Part shown: positions 9,205 to 17,571 of the stretch, in pieces
How the letters are laid out: each line of letters begins with the position of its first letter
How positions within the stretch are numbered: the stretch's first letter is position 1
IMG/VR virus record: IMGVR_UViG_3300026260_000659
Coordinates: 1 to 29,378 of that record
DNA: 29,378 nucleotides
From: a virus
Taxonomy: Duplodnaviria; Caudoviricetes
Strand: one strand, 5' to 3'
Position numbers and translations under genes: made by a program
Notes under the pieces: generated by a model
Database searches by the model: none
What the model was told of the DNA's origin: nothing
The model's input: the letters and a program-made list of their open reading frames with translations, nothing else

Positions 9205-9612
9205 TTAATCAATAATAATGTATTTTTTTACTAACTTTTTTGCGTGTCCAATTGTATCCATTGTTCCATTAGAAGTAACTCCTTCGGGTATAAATGCTAC
9301 AATTTTATCACTATATTCTACTATTTCCTTGTTTCTTTTAAAGTAATTCCATACTGCATATGGTTTACCATAATTAAAACTCTCTCTAACACAATGTATA
9401 TTGTGTGAATAATGTTGTGGTGGAAATTCTACATATTTCATATCAAATTCTAATGCATATTTCTTAGCCAATCCATCAGCTCCATCCTTTTGACCACCAC
9501 TCACTATCTCTAATTCATCTCCAAACTTTTCTTTTAGTTTAAAAACGAAATCTTTTATTTTCTTTGTATTTGTATAACCGCGACTACCTACGATTGCTAT
9601 CTTCATAGTCAT
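9205..9612 (-). CDS. SLOG-superfamily protein (YspA/DUF2493-like)
   Basis: KIAIVGSR, IVSGG..GAD.LA..YA, FKRNKEIV, S.GT..TI..A; the start may be ATG 9606. Confidence 0.8.
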   Translation of the reverse strand: MTMKIAIVGSRGYTNTKKIKDFVFKLKEKFGDELEIVSGGQKDGADGLAKKYALEFDMKYVEFPPQHYSHNIHCVRESFNYGKPYAVWNYFKRNKEIVEYSDKIVAFIPEGVTSNGTMDTIGHAKKLVKKYIIID

Positions 9613-10030
9613 TTCTTTTCTGTTTCCTTTTTTGTGGTTTCTCTGTGGTTGTAAACTCCCAAGTAGATTTAAAATTATCTAATCCTTCGAGTACACCATC
9701 CACCCCATTTGTATATCTATAAGCAAATCTTGTATATTGATGTGGCTTAGCAATAGCAAAAGCTTTTGGTACAATATCATACCAAATAAAATCTCTAAAC
9801 AAATCAAAATATTCAGGACGAATTATAGTTTTAAAATTATGATGTGGTATTCTATCCCATTTCTTAACAAACTTTGATATATCAACCTTATCTAACTTCT
9901 GGTCAAACCAAAGATATAGTTTCATATTAGGTATATCATTACCATAAGTTGATATTCTATCTATTACTTCGTCTTCTTTATCCGTACCTACAAAGTCCGT
10001 TAAATACACTCTTAATGTCGGTGAAATCAT
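9584..10030 (-). CDS. Hypothetical protein
   Basis: 148-aa ORF overlapping both neighbours; no recognised motif. Confidence 0.7.
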   Translation of the reverse strand: MISPTLRVYLTDFVGTDKEDEVIDRISTYGNDIPNMKLYLWFDQKLDKVDISKFVKKWDRIPHHNFKTIIRPEYFDLFRDFIWYDIVPKAFAIAKPHQYTRFAYRYTNGVDGVLEGLDNFKSTWEFTTTEKPQKRKQKRNDYEDSNRR

Positions 10031-10893
10031 GCCATTTTCCTATCACATAAATCTGGTTTAGTTTTATACTCACACCATTTACAATTTTTCGTTGATGGTT
10101 CTTTACGATATTCTTTTATTGAATGATTTCCCTTATCATTAAAACCATCACTAATAAATTCATCCAATCTTCTTATAACTTTATTGATACTTGGTTTACC
10201 ACTTGCTGGTGAAAAAACCTGTATTCTCTTTTGTGGAAAATCCATATTCTCATATAATTTTCTCTTCAATATTAAATATTCAATATCTATTTTATCGATA
10301 GGAATTTCATTCTGTTTAGAAAAGAATTGTTTATATAATAATAACTGATTGGTTTTATTCTTGTCCATCTTCTGATATTTATTCCAACCAAATGTGGCAG
10401 TTTTAATATCAATAATCTTAATACGACCTGTTACTTTATGGTGTATAACCACATCCATATAACCATTAAATTTCATATTGTTGGGTAAATCATAATCTAC
10501 ACTCATTTCAATCCCAACTAACTCTGTATTCTTCTTTGGAAAATATCCACTCTTTCTTTTCTTAAATTCATTTATCATATTAACACCATCTTGATAAAAC
10601 TCTTTCATATCTTGTAGTGTTATTGATAACTCTTCTTCGGAATCTGATTTAGCAGTTTTATAATTTTCTTCCATTCGATATTTTAAAATATCTTCTAATG
10701 GTAGAGCATCTGCTTCTTTGATAGTTCGTTCATAATAACAAACTAAATAAGCTTGAATCACTTCATGTACTGAAGTACCAAAGATTGTATAGATATTATC
10801 AGTAAATGTACCGAGTTTATCTATATAATTGAGTTTCCACATATATGGGCATTTATCCCATTGTGAAAACTGACTATAACTTATTTTCCCCAT
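10027..10893 (-). CDS. PD-(D/E)XK nuclease, Cas4/AddB/RecB-like
   Basis: ISYSQ...KCP, FGTSVHE, GYMDVV...IIDIKT, NQLLLY, C-terminal CKWC...C (1+3 Cys Fe-S staple pattern). Confidence 0.85.
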   Translation of the reverse strand: MGKISYSQFSQWDKCPYMWKLNYIDKLGTFTDNIYTIFGTSVHEVIQAYLVCYYERTIKEADALPLEDILKYRMEENYKTAKSDSEEELSITLQDMKEFYQDGVNMINEFKKRKSGYFPKKNTELVGIEMSVDYDLPNNMKFNGYMDVVIHHKVTGRIKIIDIKTATFGWNKYQKMDKNKTNQLLLYKQFFSKQNEIPIDKIDIEYLILKRKLYENMDFPQKRIQVFSPASGKPSINKVIRRLDEFISDGFNDKGNHSIKEYRKEPSTKNCKWCEYKTKPDLCDRKMA

Positions 10894-11261
10894 TTATCTC
10901 TACCAACAATAGTTGCCATAATACCATAATTAGACACATCGAGATAAGCATCTTCTACTGTTTCACCTTCTACCGCGTTTTGTTTACCACTCATTAAGAG
11001 ATTCTTTAATCTCTGAATCTTATCATTCATCCTAAACCATAATCCTGTTAAAGATAGATGAACTTCTTCTTTAGTTTGTAATTGTGTTCCAACTGATATA
11101 TTACCTGGCCCGTAATCATGTTGTTTATGTAAGAACAATTCATATTGTTCTCTTTGAATCTTCTTAAACTCATCTGTCATCTCTGGCCACTCTCGTTCCA
11201 TTTGTTCAACAATAGATTCTTCTTTTATTCCTGATTTGCTATCCTTGATAACATTTACCAT
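10881..11261 (-). CDS. DUF1599-like (nucleotide-modification-associated) protein
   Basis: LFLHKQHDYG..N, RMNDKIQRLKNL, ETVEDAYLDVSNYGI. Confidence 0.75.
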   Translation of the reverse strand: MVNVIKDSKSGIKEESIVEQMEREWPEMTDEFKKIQREQYELFLHKQHDYGPGNISVGTQLQTKEEVHLSLTGLWFRMNDKIQRLKNLLMSGKQNAVEGETVEDAYLDVSNYGIMATIVGRDKWGK

Positions 11262-11280
11262 ATTTTACTCCATTTTAATT

Positions 11281-11318
11281 TGTCTTAATATACAAAACTT
11301 TTTCTATATAAGTCAAGC
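11281..11318 (-). promoter_or_regulatory. Sigma70-like promoter TTGACT-N18-TATATT
   Basis: Minus strand reads GCTTGACTTATATAGAAAAAGTTTTGTATATTAAGACA; a near-identical element precedes the DNA polymerase. Confidence 0.7.
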
Positions 11319-11870
11319 TATTTTATCAATAATTCCATACTCTAAACACAATTTTGCTGTTAGATATGTATCATTCCTCTGAACCTTTTCCCAAAAGGCT
11401 GCATCTTTATTTGAAACCTCACCTAAAATCTCATTAATATTTTTCTGTAAATCTTTTAAATGGTCAACACCTTTCATAACATCCGTAGTTTTACCTGCTT
11501 CAAATGCTGAACCCTCATGAACCATTACAGTTGAGTTCTTACTCATAGTCCTTACACCTGTACCACAAGCCAACAATACAGAAGCTGCACTCATACAAGT
11601 TCCTATACAATGTGTATTTACCTTAACTGGTAAACTTCTTATATAATCAACTAACCCCAACATTGCATAAACATCACCACCATATGAAGTAATATTCATA
11701 TTTATATCTTTATTTGGATTTACCCTTAATAAATAATCTAACTTAACTTGCACTGAATACACACTATCAATTTCAAACTCGTGGTTCATCCAAGTGGTAT
11801 TGGTATCTGAATTAACACCCCACTCAATTTCTTTCATATAAAATTGTTCTTCTCTTCTATACTCACTCAT
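11313..11870 (-). CDS. clpP: ClpP-like protease proteolytic subunit
   Basis: ITSYGGDV, GTCMSAASVLLACG (catalytic Ser), MVHEG (His), RNDTYLTA..CLEYGIIDKI (Asp). Confidence 0.88.
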   Translation of the reverse strand: MSEYRREEQFYMKEIEWGVNSDTNTTWMNHEFEIDSVYSVQVKLDYLLRVNPNKDINMNITSYGGDVYAMLGLVDYIRSLPVKVNTHCIGTCMSAASVLLACGTGVRTMSKNSTVMVHEGSAFEAGKTTDVMKGVDHLKDLQKNINEILGEVSNKDAAFWEKVQRNDTYLTAKLCLEYGIIDKIA

Positions 11871-12298
11871 TATTTACTCCATATTTTTTTTAATTGTTTA
11901 TCTTCTACACCATATTTCATTATGATTGTTGTAACTTGTTCTTTGGTTAATATCTTCAAATGTTCTTCTACTTCCCTTGTACTACATTCAAAATAATCTA
12001 CTAAATGTTCCATTGCCCATTTCTCAACTTTTGATTTCTTCTTTGATTTAACATAACGAAGAAATGTTCTACCTCTTGGTAATATATCTGTATAAAACTG
12101 ATATAAATTCTTTGGTTTTATTTCCCAATACTTTTGGATTTCATTTACAACTTGTAACCATTCTGATTTCATACTGAGAAATCTATGAACCATATAATTG
12201 CTCCAAGTTTTTTTATCACCATCGGAAAGTGAATCCCAATATAATGTATTTTGTACATTTGTAATTTGCTTTATATGGTCGAATAATGATTTAGACAT
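11870..12298 (-). CDS. Probable clamp loader accessory subunit (T4 gp62-like)
   Basis: LFDHIKQI...WSNYMVHRFLSM...VNEIQ...LYQFY...FLRYVK...YFECS.RE resembles the gp62 pattern; a gp44-like ATPase lies upstream on the same strand. Confidence 0.55.
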   Translation of the reverse strand: MSKSLFDHIKQITNVQNTLYWDSLSDGDKKTWSNYMVHRFLSMKSEWLQVVNEIQKYWEIKPKNLYQFYTDILPRGRTFLRYVKSKKKSKVEKWAMEHLVDYFECSTREVEEHLKILTKEQVTTIIMKYGVEDKQLKKIWSK

Positions 12299-12314
12299 AA
12301 TAACCTTTAGATAT

Positions 12315-12324
12315 ATATAAATAG
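12315..12324 (-). promoter_or_regulatory. Putative promoter element CTATTTATAT (TATTTAT class)
   Basis: Lies in the 27-nt gap upstream of the gp62-like gene, followed by AAAGGTT. Confidence 0.4.
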
Positions 12325-12325
12325 T

Positions 12326-13000
12326 TTATATTGAATTGAAACCTTCAATAAATTTTAATAACCAATCGTTTACTTTTGCATCAATTAATAAAGTTATTCT
12401 GTCGGAATCACCATCATTCCATAGACCATGTATTTTCTTCGCAAATGAGACTTGATACATTACTCCAGGTTTGAATTGTACCAATGTATAGAGTCCTTTA
12501 AATCTTTCTTTAAAATCCTTAAGCGATTTACCATCTTTATCATAAGGAACTTCATCCGTCCAGTTGATACCATTCTTTATTCCATCTTTTTCATAGAGTA
12601 ATCTAATATCTTCTGGTATATAATCTAAATCCGTTGCCGCCAACCAACAATCATCATTTGTAATAATGGGTATTTGAACTCTTTTTACATCCTCACCAAT
12701 ATCAGTATCTTCATGTAATCCATAAGACGAATGAGCCTTTCTTCTCATCAATCTAAATCCAGTTATCTCTGTTTCAAAACTATCAAATATTTCTTTAAAA
12801 TATGGTGTATAATTTAATACTCCCCTTAATGGTACATTATTATGATGTTTTTTATGTGATTCTGCTATCTCATTAATACTCGGTAATGATATACAATGAC
12901 CGAACGCTCCATCTTCATATTTAAATCGTTCTTCTACAAACTTTTTATCTTCTCGTAACTTATCTATATCATAAACTTTATTATTTCTACTCAACTTCAT
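12326..13000 (-). CDS. 2OG-Fe(II) oxygenase, aspartyl/asparaginyl beta-hydroxylase-like
   Basis: FRLM...GLHED (HxD)...RVQIPIITND...IHGLWNDGDSDRITLLID. Confidence 0.75.
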   Translation of the reverse strand: MKLSRNNKVYDIDKLREDKKFVEERFKYEDGAFGHCISLPSINEIAESHKKHHNNVPLRGVLNYTPYFKEIFDSFETEITGFRLMRRKAHSSYGLHEDTDIGEDVKRVQIPIITNDDCWLAATDLDYIPEDIRLLYEKDGIKNGINWTDEVPYDKDGKSLKDFKERFKGLYTLVQFKPGVMYQVSFAKKIHGLWNDGDSDRITLLIDAKVNDWLLKFIEGFNSI

Positions 13001-13554
13001 TTATTTATCTTATCCATCTCTCTACATTGAAAACATTTACCACAAATCTCTCCTTCTCTACACCACCAAACTTTTTCTTGTAGTTCTTTTCCTAATCTAT
13101 CCCAACACATTTCTTTTGTAAAGTTTTTTATTGGTGTTGTTAATTTTATTTTATGATTGGTGTAAACATCATTTTCATTACAAGCCTCTACCACCGAGTA
13201 TAATGTTTTTAAATTCTTTGGTGAGTCTTCATCACTTTCATCTGTTTTTGTAAACCCTACAGCCACCTCATCATATTCTTTTCGATAAGCAATTCTCATA
13301 CCATCAACCAAACATATAAATACATCACCAAGAACACTTGCATACTGAACTGATTCTGTTAAATTAAATGGTCGTATCTTTTGTAACATTGGTTCTATAC
13401 TTTGAACAGCATCCAATTGTTTATTAATCATACCACCTCTGTTTAATAATTTAATATGGTGTGCATGAACTTCACAATCACTTTGTTCTAAATGAAACTT
13501 TAGAAGTGTAGTAGAATCAACCCCACCGCTCCACAACACTAAAACCTTATACAT
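12997..13554 (-). CDS. queC: QueC-family PP-loop ATPase (7-cyano-7-deazaguanine synthase-like; substrate uncertain)
   Basis: VLWSGGVDST PP-loop; TP...TK; C-terminal WWC....CGKCFQC zinc site. Confidence 0.72.
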   Translation of the reverse strand: MYKVLVLWSGGVDSTTLLKFHLEQSDCEVHAHHIKLLNRGGMINKQLDAVQSIEPMLQKIRPFNLTESVQYASVLGDVFICLVDGMRIAYRKEYDEVAVGFTKTDESDEDSPKNLKTLYSVVEACNENDVYTNHKIKLTTPIKNFTKEMCWDRLGKELQEKVWWCREGEICGKCFQCREMDKINK

Positions 13555-14177
13555 TATTTAAAATGATCTCCAACAAATATTTCTTGAATTACATATCGTT
13601 TTCCCTTTGTTACTGGAACAACATTATGACATAGAAATGACGGAAATAATGTTAATGAACCCTTTAATTGGTTCATTGTATACCACTCTTTTGTATTTTT
13701 ATCTTGGATACCAAATTGAACTTCACCACCCTCGTATTCACTTGGGTCTGTGAGTTGGATAATCCCTACAATCTTTCTAACTGAACAACTTCCTACATTG
13801 AAATCTGTGTGCCAACCATAGAATCCACCATCTTGATATTCTATCAATTTTAGTTCATCATCACAACCTTTAATCTCAAAATGAAACACTTTATCATTTA
13901 CGATATTGGCCATTTGAAATATTTTATCTTGTAACCATTTCCAATCTTTATTTGGTTTATCAGGCCTGGACTCAATTGTTGGTTGATCACATAAATACCA
14001 CTCTGTAGTTTTTCTAATCTCTGGTATAATTGTATTTCTACCATCTTCTCCACCAACTCCACCATTGACTTCTTGTTCAGATTCTATTATATCTTTTATT
14101 AATTCATCACATTTTTCGTGTGATAAAAATGTAGGTATTTGAATTGAATATTTTAAATCGTTATTTTGTTTATACAT
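13554..14177 (-). CDS. 2OG-Fe(II) oxygenase (prolyl-4-hydroxylase/PKHD-type)
   Basis: YGWHTD, EYEGGE, FPSFLCHNVVPVTKGKRY. Confidence 0.88.
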   Translation of the reverse strand: MYKQNNDLKYSIQIPTFLSHEKCDELIKDIIESEQEVNGGVGGEDGRNTIIPEIRKTTEWYLCDQPTIESRPDKPNKDWKWLQDKIFQMANIVNDKVFHFEIKGCDDELKLIEYQDGGFYGWHTDFNVGSCSVRKIVGIIQLTDPSEYEGGEVQFGIQDKNTKEWYTMNQLKGSLTLFPSFLCHNVVPVTKGKRYVIQEIFVGDHFK

Positions 14178-14781
14178 AAGTATCTCCTTCCATCCAAGAA
14201 ACTAAAGAATATCTAACCCCGTTTGTGATTGGTGTAACTCTATGTGATAAAAATGATGGAAATATGATTAAAGTACCTTGTGATTTCCTCGCTCTAACCA
14301 AATCACCTTTACACTCAGCTGTACAATGCTGTTTATCAATACATTGACAATCTGTTGAGTTTGTAATACCAAACTCTAACTCTCCACCATCATATTCATC
14401 TTTATCTGATAATTGAACTATTGCAGTTAACTTTCTTAATGAAGCTTTTTTTGCTCCAATATCTGTATGCCAAGTGTAATTACTATCAACTCCATATTTT
14501 AGGAATATAAGTTTATCTAAACTTTCTATTTGGTAATTAAAATATTGTGTGTTTGCAACTTTTATTGCACCATTTAATTTTTTGGATAAATTTTCATCGT
14601 TAAAAGTTGTATTGAGAGTTCTTCTGACATTTGTATTAACTAAATTCTCTGTATAATCACCAGCTAAATTTGCATCTACCAACTCATCCGTATCGAGAGC
14701 ATCTCGTAATTTAGTACACTCTTCTTTAGCTAAAAAATTCTCTCTATATACAACAAACTGAAACCTATCATTTTTTTTCAT
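14170..14781 (-). CDS. 2OG-Fe(II) oxygenase (prolyl-4-hydroxylase/PKHD-type) with Cys-rich insertion
   Basis: YTWHTD, RKLTAIVQL, EYDGGEL, FPSFLSHRVTPITNGVRYSLVSW. Confidence 0.88.
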   Translation of the reverse strand: MKKNDRFQFVVYRENFLAKEECTKLRDALDTDELVDANLAGDYTENLVNTNVRRTLNTTFNDENLSKKLNGAIKVANTQYFNYQIESLDKLIFLKYGVDSNYTWHTDIGAKKASLRKLTAIVQLSDKDEYDGGELEFGITNSTDCQCIDKQHCTAECKGDLVRARKSQGTLIIFPSFLSHRVTPITNGVRYSLVSWMEGDTYV

Positions 14782-14794
14782 TTACCCTCTTCTC

Positions 14795-16297
14795 TTAGTC
14801 TTTTCCAGGAATATTGTGAACTAATATATCTGAACTGAAGTAGGTATCAATATCTTCCACATCCAATGAATAAAAAATAATATCTTCTTCATCATAATTT
14901 TCCTGAATATCTACTATATCAATCTCATTACCATCTTTATCAAACAACTTATCGTCTGTATCTAATCTCCAAGTTTGTTTAAATTTGTAAGTTCCGCTTC
15001 CTGCATTATTTGCAAAAGCACTTCCAAGTTGTGGGAATATATATTCGTTATTATCACTACCACTAATTGTATAATAATGTGGTGTAGTGTATACTCCACC
15101 ACCAACTACAACTGAACCAGTCATAAAACTTCCTGATAAATCTGATGTTGAATAATTCAAAAAATCTAAATCTCCATCTGGCATCCCAATTGGTTGAAAT
15201 GATTTAACCACATCACCTATTTGAACATCTTGAATCTGTTTTGTTGAGTCATCATACATACGAATTAAACTACCACTTGGTGTTGAAAGTCCTTGATGTG
15301 GTTTCAATGTCCATACTGCCCAACCATCATTAGTGATATCATCATCTGCTAAAGTATCTACTGGTGGATATAATTTTAGGTGTTGTGGATTATAAAATGA
15401 AGAGATAACTTTAGTATCTTCTGGTGTTACTAATAAAGAAACTCTACCTTGTGAACTATATTTTTGATTATTAGAATCAACACTACCCGAACTTATTATA
15501 AAATTTTCATTAACATTTCCAGTTGAAGTATTCAATCCTAATATAGCCGATGAAGATTGTTCCGTTCCGATAGTATCTGCTCTATAACTATTTAACATTA
15601 ATTTTCCACCCATTGTAACTTGCATAGATGCATCACCTTGTGTAGTTTTATTTACATAATCTGGCCAATCTCCAATACCATGTCCAATTGAAATTGATGA
15701 TGAATCAAAAGTAGAAATTAAACTTGAAGATACTGGTGAAGTAGATAATGTTGACCTAAACCAATCCTTATTAAATGAACTACTTACTATTTGATATAAT
15801 GTATCATCCGTATGTTCAGGGTTATGTAAAAATAAATGAAAACTTCCAGAATGATTTGCTTGTCCTCTCATATCAAGATATTGTCTATTTGTAGGCGTAG
15901 TATTAAAAGAAGAACTAATATTAACATCTGCAAAACTTGAAGATATTATTCCTCGTTGTGCCATTGGTGGATTTGTACCAAATTCATTTGAATAATCACT
16001 ACCATATATAATTACATTATCATAACTTTGAGTTGCAGCATATTGTGCTATATCTGGAAAAAAATTAGTAAACACTGCAGATACTTGTGCAGAATACATA
16101 TTTGTATTATTTTCAAAAAACTTAACTTCATTAGAACCACTTTCAATTGTGAAATCTAATCCAGCAATTATACCAGCTCTACTTAATGTAGGCCAACCAC
16201 CTGCACTGCCTGTTACATAGTTCCAAAATTCTTTTGCTTTACTATGTACATCACTTCTTTGATTATAATTAATCATTTTATCTTTTGTTAGTGCCAT
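14795..16297 (-). CDS. Ser-rich protein with N-terminal ATP-grasp-like motifs and a C-terminal Hint (intein-like) domain
   Basis: Hint block A STPSGSLIRMYDDSTKQIQDVQIGDVVKS and terminal FYSLDVEDIDTYFSSDILVHN; N-terminal GLDFTIESGSNEVKFFENNTN; AAGGAG RBS. Confidence 0.78.
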   Translation of the reverse strand: MALTKDKMINYNQRSDVHSKAKEFWNYVTGSAGGWPTLSRAGIIAGLDFTIESGSNEVKFFENNTNMYSAQVSAVFTNFFPDIAQYAATQSYDNVIIYGSDYSNEFGTNPPMAQRGIISSSFADVNISSSFNTTPTNRQYLDMRGQANHSGSFHLFLHNPEHTDDTLYQIVSSSFNKDWFRSTLSTSPVSSSLISTFDSSSISIGHGIGDWPDYVNKTTQGDASMQVTMGGKLMLNSYRADTIGTEQSSSAILGLNTSTGNVNENFIISSGSVDSNNQKYSSQGRVSLLVTPEDTKVISSFYNPQHLKLYPPVDTLADDDITNDGWAVWTLKPHQGLSTPSGSLIRMYDDSTKQIQDVQIGDVVKSFQPIGMPDGDLDFLNYSTSDLSGSFMTGSVVVGGGVYTTPHYYTISGSDNNEYIFPQLGSAFANNAGSGTYKFKQTWRLDTDDKLFDKDGNEIDIVDIQENYDEEDIIFYSLDVEDIDTYFSSDILVHNIPGKD

Positions 16298-16330
16298 TTA
16301 AAACTCCTTGTCAATCATAGAATATTTCAA

Positions 16331-16340
16331 TAATAAATAT
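16331..16340 (-). promoter_or_regulatory. Putative promoter element ATATTTATTA (TATTTAT class)
   Basis: Intergenic, about 35 nt upstream of the Hint-domain gene. Confidence 0.4.
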
Positions 16341-16912
16341 CAAGTATCCAATAAATCAATTATATTTCCTCGTATTCCGTTTTCTTTTAATGCATACAGC
16401 AATGGTGCTTTATTCCATATTTCAATATCATACACAACATAATTGTACCCAAGTTCATATAAGTGTTTAAATCCATGTATTCCTATAGAATAATCTCTTA
16501 TACCACGATATTCTGAATCAATCCAAATGTTATAACCATAAATATACTTACCAGTATAAATTATGTCAACTCCAGATTCAGTATAATCAAAACTTGGTGT
16601 ATTATAAACAGGACTACCATTTTGATCCCATGTCTTGTATATTTTTTGACCCAACCACAACCATGCTATAATTCTATCATCTTTAGTAATATAACTAAAT
16701 ATATCACCATTATTAATTCTCCAATCAAAATCGGATTCATTCCACATACCTTCATAATCACCAATATCTTTTTTAAATAACTCTAATCCATCATTAAGAT
16801 TATCTGGCTTCCCAACATGAAAATTAGAATTAATCTCCATACTTTTATAGAACCCCTGGTGATCCAGAAGATTGGTTTCAAATCGTATTAGTTTTTCTTT
16901 ACTGTTTTCCAT
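16340..16912 (-). CDS. GNAT-fold N-acyltransferase
   Basis: IIAWLW, YIYGYNIWIDSEYRG, IEIWNKAPL (acyl-CoA-binding motif A/B pattern). Confidence 0.65.
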   Translation of the reverse strand: MENSKEKLIRFETNLLDHQGFYKSMEINSNFHVGKPDNLNDGLELFKKDIGDYEGMWNESDFDWRINNGDIFSYITKDDRIIAWLWLGQKIYKTWDQNGSPVYNTPSFDYTESGVDIIYTGKYIYGYNIWIDSEYRGIRDYSIGIHGFKHLYELGYNYVVYDIEIWNKAPLLYALKENGIRGNIIDLLDT

Positions 16913-17571
16913 CCTGATCTCTTCACTATATTATCACTTCTACCCTTCCAATAAAAGAACTCACCATCAAATGTAAAAATATCTTTTGTATCAAAAAAAT
17001 CTTTATCGTAATTAGATAACATAGACTCTCCTCTTAATCGTAAAGTTTTATCCAACATGATATCCCAACCACCAATGAGTTTTATTCCAAGATGTATATC
17101 ATCACCCTTCACAAAATTAGTACCCATAACTACTGGTATACATTCTGTAGAACCATAACCATGCATTACTTTTTGTACACCCAACTCTAACATAAACTCT
17201 ACATCATCTACTGATGTTTCTTCGGCACCTATTAACATATGTTCTATAGAACTACAATTTGGTCTTAGTCCACTTTCTTTTAACATCCTTACCATTGTAG
17301 GTATTAATATTAATTTTGTAGGTTTTAAATTTATCATTTGTTTAAACACTTCAGGTGAAAACTTATCACTATATATAGTTCCACCAATTTGTTCCATAGG
17401 TCTTGCCATAATATACGAACCGATTGTATATCTTGGTATAAAATCCAATAGTATATCTGATTTATTCAGACCAAATACTTCTATATTTGAATTGATTGAA
17501 TGTTGTAAAGATTCTTCACTATGTAAAACTTCTTTTGGTTTTCCTGTAGAACCTGTAGTTTTAAACTTCAC
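16888..17571 (-). CDS. Minimal adenylate-forming (ANL, acyl-CoA ligase-like) enzyme
   Basis: TTGSTGKPK (A3), LIGAE, HGYGSTE (A5), FDTKD (A7), KGRSDNIVKRSG (A8). Probable GTG start at 17571 after GGGGT; the ORF track start 17634 overlaps the upstream gene by 74 nt. Confidence 0.8.
   Translation of the reverse strand: MKFKTTGSTGKPKEVLHSEESLQHSINSNIEVFGLNKSDILLDFIPRYTIGSYIMARPMEQIGGTIYSDKFSPEVFKQMINLKPTKLILIPTMVRMLKESGLRPNCSSIEHMLIGAEETSVDDVEFMLELGVQKVMHGYGSTECIPVVMGTNFVKGDDIHLGIKLIGGWDIMLDKTLRLRGESMLSNYDKDFFDTKDIFTFDGEFFYWKGRSDNIVKRSGWKTVKKN

Noticed and set aside
10027-10893. CRISPR-Cas locus suggested by the Cas4-like nuclease
   Set aside because: No repeat-spacer array or other cas genes seen; solo Cas4-like nucleases are common in phages.
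14813-15286. Mobile self-splicing intein
   Set aside because: No nucleophile at the +1 position (Ile), no endonuclease domain, and it does not interrupt a conserved host protein.
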